In this document: positions 48,922 through 58,900 of the stretch, one piece after another
How the letters are laid out: each line of letters starts with the position of its first letter
How positions within the stretch are numbered: position 1 is the stretch's first letter
Source of the DNA: an uncultured bacterium
Lineage (GTDB): Bacteria > JACRDZ01
Direction: 5' to 3'
Assembly (NCBI GenBank): GCA_964457585.1
Contig: CAYWFU010000007.1
Coordinates: 5,275-69,274, forward strand
Length of the DNA stretch: 64,000 bases
The notes under the pieces: model-generated
The model's database searches: none
What the model saw: the letters and a program-made list of their open reading frames with translations, nothing else
Told to the model about the DNA's origin: nothing
Made by a program: the position numbers and the translations under genes

Positions 48922-50177
48922 TGATGAAATCCGATATGAAATCAAATACAAGTCCTAAAAATTTTTTAATTATAACGCAATATTATTATCCTGACATTAC
49001 TGCAGCAGCTTTTAGAATCAGGGAAACTGTTGATATCTTAAAATCAAAAGGACATAATATTGTTGTTGTTGCGGCAAAACCTCACAAAGGGGAATCTGTA
49101 AATAAAATCCAGATTGATGATGGGGGTATAAAAGTAATCAGAGTCCCAATAATTAAATATCGGGGCAAGGGAAAATGGAATTACATTTTACATTACCTGT
49201 CATTTATGATAATGGCAATCTTAGCTGGTTTATATAGAGTTAAAGGCAAAAAAGATGTGGTTATAGCATCGAGTCCTCCGTTATTTGTCGGAGTTGCTGG
49301 ATTAATAGTATCAAAATTTAAAAGAGCCAGATTTGTTCTTGATATAAGAGATATTTGGCCTGATTCGGCAGTTGTTACCGGTCAATTAAGCAAAAACAGT
49401 TTACTTTATAAATATGCTAAAAAAGTTGAGAAAAGATTATATAAAGTAAGCCATCTTATATCATGTGTTGCAAAACCAATGGCAGCTTATATTGGAGATA
49501 TTGTTGATTCTAAAAAAGTTGTTGTTGTCTATAATGGATTAGCAGAAAAATATTCAAAATTAGATAATATTGAAAAATCATCAAGTAAAAATATTTTATT
49601 ATCTAAGGATAAAATAAATATTGTATATGTCGGTAATATGGGATGGTGTCAGGATTTAAAATTAATATTAATATCTGCCCAGCAAATTAAAAACGAAGGA
49701 ATAAATAATATTGTTTTTTATTTGATTGGCGATGGAGTAGAAAAAGAAGAATTATTAAGAATAAAAGAGGAAAAGCAAATCGGAAATGTAATTATTGCTG
49801 GACCTGTTGAAAAAAGTGAAGCAGTAAACTTAATTTATAACAGTTCAGTTCTTTTTTTACAATTGAAAGATGATAAAACAATGGAGAAAACAATTCCTTC
49901 AAAGGTTTTTGATTATATGATAGCAGGAAAACCAATATTATTTGGAATTCAAGGTGAAGGGAAAGAGATTTTGAGTAATGTAAAAGGTAACATTTATTTT
50001 GATTCTGGTTCTGTTGAATCATTTAATGAAGCACTTATAAAAATTCAAAAGAATTACAATTTTTTTGCAGTGTATGCAAAAGAAAATCGAGAAATTGTAA
50101 TTAAAGATTATAGTAGAGAAAAAATGGTTGAAAGACTTGAAGAGAGAATACAAAATTTTTTTTATAAGGATATATAA
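48921..50177 (+). CDS. glycosyltransferase family 4 (WbuB-like)
   Basis: FLIITQYYYPDITAAAFRIRETVDILKSKGHNIVVV N-terminus typical of WbuB-type GT4; GT-B length. Confidence 0.75.
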   Translation: MMKSDMKSNTSPKNFLIITQYYYPDITAAAFRIRETVDILKSKGHNIVVVAAKPHKGESVNKIQIDDGGIKVIRVPIIKYRGKGKWNYILHYLSFMIMAILAGLYRVKGKKDVVIASSPPLFVGVAGLIVSKFKRARFVLDIRDIWPDSAVVTGQLSKNSLLYKYAKKVEKRLYKVSHLISCVAKPMAAYIGDIVDSKKVVVVYNGLAEKYSKLDNIEKSSSKNILLSKDKINIVYVGNMGWCQDLKLILISAQQIKNEGINNIVFYLIGDGVEKEELLRIKEEKQIGNVIIAGPVEKSEAVNLIYNSSVLFLQLKDDKTMEKTIPSKVFDYMIAGKPILFGIQGEGKEILSNVKGNIYFDSGSVESFNEALIKIQKNYNFFAVYAKENREIVIKDYSREKMVERLEERIQNFFYKDI

Positions 50178-50178
50178 C

Positions 50179-51249
50179 ATGAGAATTATATTAGTAGCTG
50201 GCGCAAGACCAAATTTCATGAAAATAGCGCCAATTGTGCATGAATTAAAAAAAAATTATAATAGAGTCGCATGGAAACTTATTCATACAGGACAGCATTA
50301 TGATTATGAGATGTCAAAAATTTTTTTTGAAGATCTTGATATATCCGAGCCGGATTATTTTTTAAATGCTGGTGGCGGAACCCATGCGGAACAAACAGCG
50401 AAGGTCATGGTTGAATTTGAGAAAGTATGTATAAAAGAAAAACCTGAAATTGTCGTTGTGGTAGGAGATATTAATTCTACTCTTGCATGTTCAATAACTG
50501 CAAAAAAATCAGGGGTTAAATTAGCTCATATCGAAGCAGGTTTAAGAAGCAGAGATATGCTTATGCCCGAAGAAATAAATAGAATAGTAACAGATTCAAT
50601 CTCGGATTATCTTTTTGTAACAGAAAAAAGCGGTATGAATAATTTAGTTAATGAAGGAAAGGAAAAAGAGAAAATATTTTTTGTCGGCAATATAATGATT
50701 GATACTTTACATTACAGCCTGGAAAAATTAAAAAAAATAAAGCCCTTTGAAGTTAATTCTTTAAAATATGCTGTTGTTACATTACATAGACCTTCAAATG
50801 TTGATAACAAAGATAAACTTGAAAATATTTTTTTAGCATTAAACCATATTGCTAAAGATATGGATATCTTTTTCCCTATTCATCCCAGGACAAAAAAAAA
50901 TATAGAAAATTTTAATTTAAACCATTTATTAGATAAAAGAATTAAAATAATACCTCCAATGTCATATCATAAGTTTCTAAACTTATGGAGGAATTCTGTT
51001 CTTGTTTTAACAGATAGCGGCGGAATACAAGAAGAAACTACTGTTTTAGGCATACCCTGTTTTACAATCAGAGATAATACAGAACGGCCAATAACTATCG
51101 AAGAAGGTACAAATATATTAGTGGGTACTACTTTTGAAAAAATAACAGAAGAATACAATAAAATGAAAAACGGTATTAAGAAAAATGGAAAAATTCCAGA
51201 ATTGTGGGATGGTAATACTGCGCAAAGAATTTTGAAAGTACTTATTTAA
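50179..51249 (+). CDS. wecB: UDP-N-acetylglucosamine 2-epimerase (non-hydrolysing)
   Basis: MRIILVAGARPNFMKIAPIV...IHTGQHYDYEMS, the canonical WecB/MnaA N-terminus. Start at second Met (50179) of the track ORF. Confidence 0.85.
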   Translation: MRIILVAGARPNFMKIAPIVHELKKNYNRVAWKLIHTGQHYDYEMSKIFFEDLDISEPDYFLNAGGGTHAEQTAKVMVEFEKVCIKEKPEIVVVVGDINSTLACSITAKKSGVKLAHIEAGLRSRDMLMPEEINRIVTDSISDYLFVTEKSGMNNLVNEGKEKEKIFFVGNIMIDTLHYSLEKLKKIKPFEVNSLKYAVVTLHRPSNVDNKDKLENIFLALNHIAKDMDIFFPIHPRTKKNIENFNLNHLLDKRIKIIPPMSYHKFLNLWRNSVLVLTDSGGIQEETTVLGIPCFTIRDNTERPITIEEGTNILVGTTFEKITEEYNKMKNGIKKNGKIPELWDGNTAQRILKVLI

Positions 51250-51323
51250 AGTATAGGAATTTCATTTGACTTTTTTAAAAAATAAATGATATATTTGATT
51301 GTAAATAATGGAGGTATGTTAAA

Positions 51324-51911
51324 ATGTTTAATAAAGAAATAAATGTAAACCCGAATAATGCATTACCAATACATCGATTTACAATTGATGAATATTATCA
51401 TTTAGCTGAAGCAGGCATTTTACATGAGGATGATAATGTTGAGCTTATCGAAGGGAGGATAATTGACATGACACCTATTGGAAGTAAACATGCGTCATGT
51501 GTAAAGCGTATTATAGAATTATTAACTGATAGATTACAAAAAAGAGCAACTATTGGGGTACAAGATCCTATTGATTTAAATGAACAAACTGAGCCAGAAC
51601 CGGATATAACTATTTTAAAAAAACGTTCGGATTTTTATGCAGAACATCATCCTCGTCCTGAAGATGTATTGTTAATTATTGAAGTAGCAGACAGTTCTAT
51701 TAACTATGATCGTTCAATTAAAATTCCGCTTTATGCTAAAAGTGGAATTCAGGAAGTATGGTTAATAAATCTTATAGAAAATATTATTGAAGTATATCAA
51801 AATCCATCACAGATAGGATATAAAATTTGTAAAAAAGTATATAAAGAAGATACAATTTCACCATTATGTTTTTCTGATATTAATATAAAAGCATCGGAAA
51901 TAGTTGGATAA
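51324..51911 (+). CDS. Uma2-family (DUF820) putative endonuclease
   Basis: FTIDEYYHLAEAGIL....VELIEGRIIDMTPIGSKHASCV...DITIL...PDLVIEV-like layout of PD-(D/E)xK Uma2 proteins. Confidence 0.75.
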   Translation: MFNKEINVNPNNALPIHRFTIDEYYHLAEAGILHEDDNVELIEGRIIDMTPIGSKHASCVKRIIELLTDRLQKRATIGVQDPIDLNEQTEPEPDITILKKRSDFYAEHHPRPEDVLLIIEVADSSINYDRSIKIPLYAKSGIQEVWLINLIENIIEVYQNPSQIGYKICKKVYKEDTISPLCFSDINIKASEIVG

Positions 51912-51968
51912 AAGATGATAATAAAAGCAAAAGTGGATATTGCCCAAAAGATAAGTTAGGGTTAATTT

Positions 51969-52547
51969 ATGATAAAGGAATGGACTTTAAATTATATTTC
52001 TGATCTTAAAAATGTTTTTGATAATTTTCCAGTGGAAAAATTTGAGAAAATAGCAAATATACTTCTAGATACATATGAAAGAGATTGTACAATTTTTACA
52101 TTTGGTAATGGTGGAAGCGGGTCTACGGCTTCACATCTTGCTTGTGATATTAATAAAGGAGTAAGTCAGGAATTAAATAAAAGATTTAGAGTTATATGTC
52201 TTAATGATAATATCCCTACTTTGCTTGCATATGCTAATGATCTGTCGTATGAGGATGTATTTGTTGAACAATTAAAAAATTTTTTAAAACCTAATGATGT
52301 TATAATAGGAATTTCCGGAAGTGGAAATTCTAAAAATATTTTAAAAGCAATCCAATATGGAAATGAAAATTCTGCTATAACAGTTGGTTTTACAGGTTTT
52401 GATGGAGGAAAACTTGCGGTTATAGCAAAAGAATCCTTTATCGCTCCTTCAAATGATATGCAAAAAATTGAGGATGTACATTTAATTTTAACTCATATAT
52501 TTATGCAAATATTTATAAGAAAATTAAAAGAAGAAGATGCAAAATAA
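51969..52547 (+). CDS. SIS-domain sugar-phosphate isomerase (GmhA/DiaA-like, sedoheptulose-7-P isomerase family)
   Basis: FGNGGSGSTASHLACDI and ISGSGNS, the SIS motifs of GmhA. Confidence 0.7.
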   Translation: MIKEWTLNYISDLKNVFDNFPVEKFEKIANILLDTYERDCTIFTFGNGGSGSTASHLACDINKGVSQELNKRFRVICLNDNIPTLLAYANDLSYEDVFVEQLKNFLKPNDVIIGISGSGNSKNILKAIQYGNENSAITVGFTGFDGGKLAVIAKESFIAPSNDMQKIEDVHLILTHIFMQIFIRKLKEEDAK

Positions 52548-52586
52548 TGATACTCCAGAAATATATATTTTCAAAGGGAATTACTA

Positions 52587-53957
52587 ATGTTATTAAAACG
52601 TTTATCTAAAAAAATGGCTTTGGTTTTTTTAGGTGATATCTTTTTAATATTATTTGCTCAATATTTAAATGATCTACTATTTTTAAAATTTACTTCAAGA
52701 CCAATCCCCGCAAGTTTTGACATGTTATTTGTTACTGCAATTTTCTGCTTTATTTTTTATATTTTTGATTTACATGATCCAAATATAAGTTTTAAAGGTA
52801 CGCGTTTTTTTACTAAATTTTTAATTGCAATTCTAATTAGCAGCGGGATTGTCTCAATTAGTTTTTATTTTAGATTTTCATTAGAATATGGACGGATAAT
52901 ATTTCTTTCCAGTGTGATATTAATAGGATTTTTAACTTATACATGGCGTTTATTTTTGAATAAATATTTTAGAGAATTAACTCCTGAAAAAAAAATTATT
53001 ATTGTTGGTGCAGGACGTGCCGGATTAGCAATGTATAAAACATTAAAAGGGAGAAGATTTTATAAAGTAGTTGGTTTCCTTGATGATGACGAAGAAAAAA
53101 TTGGTAAAGTAATGGGCTCACCGCAAGTTATAGGAAATACTTATTTAATGAATGATATAATTAATAGTCGTAAAGCGGATATTTTAATCCTCGCAATTAC
53201 ACATCAAAAAAATCCTGAAATTTTTAAAATTATGCTTGACGCTAAAATGAAAGGTATTGATGTTTATGATATGCCGACATTCTATGAAATAGTTAATTGC
53301 GAAGTTCCTGTTGAGCATATCAAGGATTCGTGGTTTGTTTATACTGAGCTGTCAGGTGTAAAGGTTGGGATTTATAATCGTCATATTAAAAGGATTTTAG
53401 ATATTTTATTATCCTTTTTTCCTTTGATATTAACCTTGCCTGTTACAGTTGTAACCGCATTATTAATAAAATTGGATTCAGCAGGCCCAATATTTTATAT
53501 TCAGGAAAGAGTTGGATTAAATAATAAAATATTTAAGATAATAAAATTCCGTTCAATGAAAAAAAATGCGGAAACGAATGGGGCTGTTTGGGCACAAGAA
53601 AATGATTCCAGAGTAACAAATATTGGTAAAATAATCAGGAAATTGCGTATTGATGAAATACCGCAATGCTGGAATGTTTTAAAAGGTGATATGAGTTTTA
53701 TTGGTCCAAGACCTGAAAGATCAGAATTTATTGAACACCTGTCGAAAGAAATACCATATTATACCTTAAGGCATTATGTTCGTCCAGGGATTACTGGCTG
53801 GGCACAGGTAAATTATCATTACGGAGCATCAAAAGAAGATGCATTGAAAAAATTACAATACGATTTATATTATATAAAAAATTTGTCATTTGTTATAGAT
53901 TTACATATTTTATTAAAGACAGTCAAAGTAATATTATGGGGTAAAGGATCAAGGTAG
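52587..53957 (+). CDS. undecaprenyl-phosphate hexose-1-phosphate transferase (WbaP/bacterial sugar transferase family), initiating enzyme
   Basis: Four N-terminal TM helices plus Rossmann-like linker; C-terminal catalytic domain KIIKFRSM, IDEIPQCWNVLKGDMSFIGPRPE. Confidence 0.85.
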   Translation: MLLKRLSKKMALVFLGDIFLILFAQYLNDLLFLKFTSRPIPASFDMLFVTAIFCFIFYIFDLHDPNISFKGTRFFTKFLIAILISSGIVSISFYFRFSLEYGRIIFLSSVILIGFLTYTWRLFLNKYFRELTPEKKIIIVGAGRAGLAMYKTLKGRRFYKVVGFLDDDEEKIGKVMGSPQVIGNTYLMNDIINSRKADILILAITHQKNPEIFKIMLDAKMKGIDVYDMPTFYEIVNCEVPVEHIKDSWFVYTELSGVKVGIYNRHIKRILDILLSFFPLILTLPVTVVTALLIKLDSAGPIFYIQERVGLNNKIFKIIKFRSMKKNAETNGAVWAQENDSRVTNIGKIIRKLRIDEIPQCWNVLKGDMSFIGPRPERSEFIEHLSKEIPYYTLRHYVRPGITGWAQVNYHYGASKEDALKKLQYDLYYIKNLSFVIDLHILLKTVKVILWGKGSR

Positions 53958-53981
53958 AGACGCAAAATTTTGCGTCTCTAC
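53954..53981. terminator. bidirectional rho-independent terminator: hairpin gtagagacgc-aaaatttt-gcgtctctac followed by TTTTTATTTTT
   Basis: Overlaps the TAG stop of the 52587 gene and the stop of the convergent minus-strand gene (53978); T-run downstream. Confidence 0.8.
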
Positions 53982-54508
53982 TTTTTATTTTTAATATAAA
54001 AAGAAGATACTAAAAAATCCACATCTAAAAATGATGAATTCATTTCCTTTGGTCTAATATGAATTTGAGTTATTTTTATAGATTTATTTTTATGTTCAAT
54101 ATTATATAAAAAAGAGATTAAATTACTTAATTGAACTTCCTCAAGTTTGACTTCTATTGTATCCACCTTGTATGATTTATCCCCTTTTCCGCTTAATGGC
54201 CTCATTTGTGATATTTTTTCTTTAATTTGTGATTCAGAAGCCAATTTTTCTAAATAGGAGAAAATAGCAAAATCTTCTTGTTTTTCATTTAATTGTTCAT
54301 AAAGTTTTTTCTTTTTTAAAATAATATCAGAATATTCCGCTTTTAATTCCATAATTTTTAATAAGTCTTTCTCTTTATTATTTATTTGAATTTCCAGAGT
54401 ATGCAATTTATTATTTAATGGAGAAATAATAAATTGATAAAAAATATAAAAAACGATAAAGAAAGTACCAATAATAATATAGATTTTTTCACGCTTTTCT
54501 AAAGTCAT
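53978..54508 (-). CDS. membrane-anchored coiled-coil protein (PilO/GspM/FtsB-like topology), function unknown
   Basis: N-terminal TM IYIIIGTFFIVFYIFYQFII, then Lys/Glu-rich heptad region; GAGGA SD 4 nt upstream of ATG on minus strand. Confidence 0.45.
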   Translation of the reverse strand: MTLEKREKIYIIIGTFFIVFYIFYQFIISPLNNKLHTLEIQINNKEKDLLKIMELKAEYSDIILKKKKLYEQLNEKQEDFAIFSYLEKLASESQIKEKISQMRPLSGKGDKSYKVDTIEVKLEEVQLSNLISFLYNIEHKNKSIKITQIHIRPKEMNSSFLDVDFLVSSFYIKNKK

Positions 54509-54642
54509 ATTATCCTCATAAATTAATTTAATTTATATTTTACCACATAAAATTTAAAATTAAAAGAATATATAAAATAAACTTGACATAACGTATCTAA
54601 CAGAATTAAGATGCGTAATACATTAGTCTGAATGGAGCAATT

Positions 54643-55473
54643 TTGAAAAAAAAGAATGCTAAAAAGAAAATAACTAAAAAAGAAAACACATCTTTTGAAA
54701 AACTTGTTGATTTAATGCAAATTTTACGAGGTGAAAAAGGATGTCCATGGGACAAAGAACAAACTCATAAAAGTCTTAGAAATTGCCTGCTTGAAGAGGC
54801 ATACGAAGTTATTGAGACTCTGGATGAAGAAAATCCTGATAAATTAAAAGAAGAATTAGGAGATTTGCTTCTGCAGATACTTTTTCATTCTCAAATAGCG
54901 AAAGAAAATAAACATTTTACAATAGATGATGTTGTTAAAGCAATCATAGATAAAATTATACGCAGACATCCGCATGTGTTTTCCAATGTATCGCTCAAAA
55001 ATTCAAAAGAAGTTTTACTAAATTGGGAACAAATTAAATTAAAAGAAAAAAAAGATGCCGGGTATTCATCAATTTTGGATGGAATACCAAAATATATTCC
55101 ATCACTTTTAAAAGCGCATAGAATTCAAGATCGAGTTGCAAGAGTAGGGTTTGACTGGGAACATATAAGCGATGTATATAATAAAATAGATGAAGAACTT
55201 AAAGAATTTAAAGAAGCATATGAAAGAAAGGATCAGAAAGCTATTCTTGAAGAATTAGGAGATGTATTTTTTTCATTGGTAAATATAGCGCGTTTTTTAA
55301 ATACAAACCCTGAAGAAGCGCTGGAGAAAACAATCAGCAAATTTATAAAAAGATTTAAATATATAGAAAAGCATATCCATTCAAAGAAAAAATCATTTAC
55401 TGATTATGATCTTGTTGAACTTGAAAAATTATGGGAAGAATCGAAAAAAATTAAATCAAAGATAAAATCATAA
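54643..55473 (+). CDS. mazG: nucleoside triphosphate pyrophosphohydrolase MazG (tandem MazG domains)
   Basis: GCPWDKEQTHKSLRNCLLEEAYEVIE and EELGDLLLQI (first EExxE domain); second domain EELGDVFFSLVNIAR. Confidence 0.85.
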   Translation: MKKKNAKKKITKKENTSFEKLVDLMQILRGEKGCPWDKEQTHKSLRNCLLEEAYEVIETLDEENPDKLKEELGDLLLQILFHSQIAKENKHFTIDDVVKAIIDKIIRRHPHVFSNVSLKNSKEVLLNWEQIKLKEKKDAGYSSILDGIPKYIPSLLKAHRIQDRVARVGFDWEHISDVYNKIDEELKEFKEAYERKDQKAILEELGDVFFSLVNIARFLNTNPEEALEKTISKFIKRFKYIEKHIHSKKKSFTDYDLVELEKLWEESKKIKSKIKS

Positions 55474-55867
55474 TTCCAGCAACAGTATTTGATATAAAAT
55501 CATAATAATAAATTATTCCAGATATATTAGAAATATAACCGGCAATTAAAGATCCTATCCCAAAAATAATTAAAAAAATAGCTATCAAATAATGAAATTT
55601 TTTTGAAATAGTATTATTTACAATTTCTTTATAAAATAAAAAAAATATTATTCCAAATGCTGCAAAAATAATAAGAGAAGAGCGGTAGAAGTAAAAAAAG
55701 AATGGATTGTTTATCCAGCTTATTGGGAATTTTGTCCCGGTAATAAATATGAAAAAGTTGAATAAAGATATATCAGAAAAAAAAAGTAATATACCAAGAG
55801 AAGTATACTCTACAGCTTTAAATAAATATACAAATTGTAGTAGTCTATTTTTTATTGATAATTGCAT
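55451..55867 (-). CDS. small 4-TM membrane protein (uncertain)
   Basis: Hydrophobic ORF of 138 aa; its 3' end overlaps mazG by 23 nt on the opposite strand. No motif. Confidence 0.25.
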   Translation of the reverse strand: MQLSIKNRLLQFVYLFKAVEYTSLGILLFFSDISLFNFFIFITGTKFPISWINNPFFFYFYRSSLIIFAAFGIIFFLFYKEIVNNTISKKFHYLIAIFLIIFGIGSLIAGYISNISGIIYYYDFISNTVAGIMILSLI

Positions 55868-55944
55868 ATATTTATCTCAGGAAATTGGAAATTGAATGTT
55901 AAAGTACTATGGTACTTATTCTCTGACACTCTGACTCTTTGAAA

Positions 55945-58900
55945 CTATTCTTTAATCTGAACAGGTATTTCTTTCCATGCGGAACCATTTCCCAGTTGTC
56001 CAAATCCATTATATCCCCAGCTCCAGACTGAACCATCTGATTTTAAAGCTAATGAATGATATGCTCCAGCAGAGATTGCTATCCAGTTATTATCATTATT
56101 AATCTGAATAGGGATATTTTTTCCTTCTATGGAATCATTCCCTAATTGTCCGTACCAGTTATATCCCCATGCCCATAATGTTCCATCTGATTTCAAAGCT
56201 AATGAATGTTCCCTGCCGGCAGAAATTGCTATCCAGTCATTATCAGCATTGATTTGAATAGGAGATGCATTATCTTCATTAGTATTGTCTCCAAGTTGAC
56301 CATAAAGATTTTTCCCCCATGCCCATAATGTTCCATCTGATTTCAAAGCCAATGTATAGTTACCTCCGGCAGAAATTGCTGTCCAATTATTATCGCCAAT
56401 TTGAACAGGAGAATTACTATCTTCATGATTATTTATACCTAACTGTCCAAATTCATTATTCCCCCATGCCCAGAGGGAGCTATCTGATTTTATTGCTATT
56501 GTATGATACTCTCCGGCAGAAATAATGCTCCATTTATTATCAATACCAACCATAACGGGTAAGTTTTTATTTACAAAAGATCCTTCGCCAAGTTGTCCGT
56601 AACTATTATTCCCCCATGCCCATAATGTTCCATCTGTTTTTATTGCTAATGAATGATACCATCCGGAAAAAGTTGATTCCCATTCATTAATTCCAGTCTT
56701 AATTGGAGTATCGCTGTTTTCATTTGTCCCATCACCTAATTGTCCGAATTCATTATCCCCCCATGCCCATAATGTTTTATCTGATTTTAATGCTAATATG
56801 TTATATACCCCTGTAGATATAGTTTGCCAGTCGCTTTCAGTATTAAATAATGTTAGATTATTTAAATTTTTTCCCGTATTATTCCCCATTTGCCCATATA
56901 AATTATTGCCGCTTACCCATAAAGTATTATCCATTTTTAATAAAATAGTATGATACCCGCCAGCATAAATTGCTTTCCAGTTATAATCAAAATTAATTAA
57001 ATTTGGTATATTTTTTGTTTTGTCAGCCATTTGTCCATATCTATTATCACCCCACGCCCAAAGTGATTTATCTGATTTTAATGCTATAGTATAATATCCG
57101 CCTGCATAAATTGATATCCAATTATTGTTATCATCAATTTTTGTTGGTATTTTTTTATTTATTGTCGAATTGTCGCCAAGTTGCCCAAATTCATTATTCC
57201 CCCAAGCCCAGATTGTGCCATCAGATTTTAACGCGACGGTATGATATATTCCGGCAGATATTACTATCCAATTGCTATCAGTACCAATTTGAACCGGACT
57301 ATTTTTATTTTCATTTGTACCAATCCCCAATTGCCCAAATTCATTATTCCCCCAAGCCCAGATTGTACTATCTGATTTCAAAGCAATAGAATGGTATTCT
57401 CCCAGTGAAACTGCTGCCCATTTTCCAGCAGCATTTACTTTTGCTGGTTTGTTTTTTTCTATATTTGTTCCATCTCCCAATTGTCCATATTCATTCGTTC
57501 CCCACATCCATAATGTATTATCCGATTTTATTGCAGCACTGTGTTTTTTCCCTGTAGAAATTGTTCTCCAATCCGGACTTGTACTTATTTTTGTTGGAAT
57601 ATTTCTATTTATTCGGGTCCCATCGCCTAATTGACTATATTGATTATTTCCCCATGCCCATAATGTACTATCAGATTTTATTGCTATTGTATGTGTTTCA
57701 CCGGCTGATATTTTTATCCATTTATCATTCCCAATTTGAACAGGTTCAAGACGGCTCATTTCCGAAACATTCCCTAATTGACCAAATTCATTATCCCCCC
57801 ATGCCCATAAAGTATTGTCAGATTTTATCACAATTGTATAAGCTTCACCTGCGGATATTTCTATCCAATCATATATGTTATCTAAAAGAGAAACTTTATT
57901 TATTTTTTCTGTGATATAACTATTTACCTGCCCGTCTTTATTGTATCCCCAGCCCCATAAAGAGCTGTCAGATTTTATAGCTAAAATATGATAATGACCA
58001 GCAGAAATTTTTTCCCATAAAATAAATCTTTCCGTATTAAATTTTATTGAATAATCTGTATTTAATGAATTTCCTGATAAATCTTTTATCCTGGTAGTAA
58101 TTGTAATCGTATATTTTGAACTATGTGTAAGTATTGTATCAGGAATGAATGTAATAGAAGTTTCATTTGAAATAATCGTACCGGAAATAACTGAATTATT
58201 AATGTCTTTAACAAAGAAAGTTGCTTTATTAATTGTTGATACCTCAATAGGTTCAGAAAAAAAAGCTTCAATTTTTGAATCAATAGCAATATTTATAGCA
58301 TTATTTTCCGGAGTTGTTGATATAACTTCAGGCGGTGTTGTATCCTTAATTCTGCCGGTATTAAATGTAAAAATATAAGCGGTTTTAAGATTGTTTTCTG
58401 ATAAATCTTTTATATCAGTGGTAATTGTAACAATATATTTTGAATCAGGAATAAGATCTTCATTTGATATAAAAGTAGCTGTTGTTCCGCTGTAAGTGAC
58501 TGTACCAATAGTGAGAGCATTATCAATATCTCTTTTTATCTGAAATGTCGCAGTTGTGATTGTGGATATATTAATTGATTCAGAAAAAGTAGCTGTGATT
58601 CGTGTATTAAAGGGTAAATTTGAATCCCCGCTTTCCGGAGTTGTTGATATAACTTCAGGCGGAGTTGTATCTGATATAGACCCTGTAGTAAATGACCATA
58701 CATAATCAGTTCCCATTTCATTGCCAGATAAATCTTTTACCTTTGCAGTGATTGCTGCTGTATATATAGTATCTGCTTCAAAATTCTCTTCTGGAATAAA
58801 TGTTAATGTTGTTCCATTATACATAATTATCCCGGCAACAGGATAATTATCAATATTTTTTATAATTTGGAATGTTTCTGAACTGATTGTTGAAATGTCC

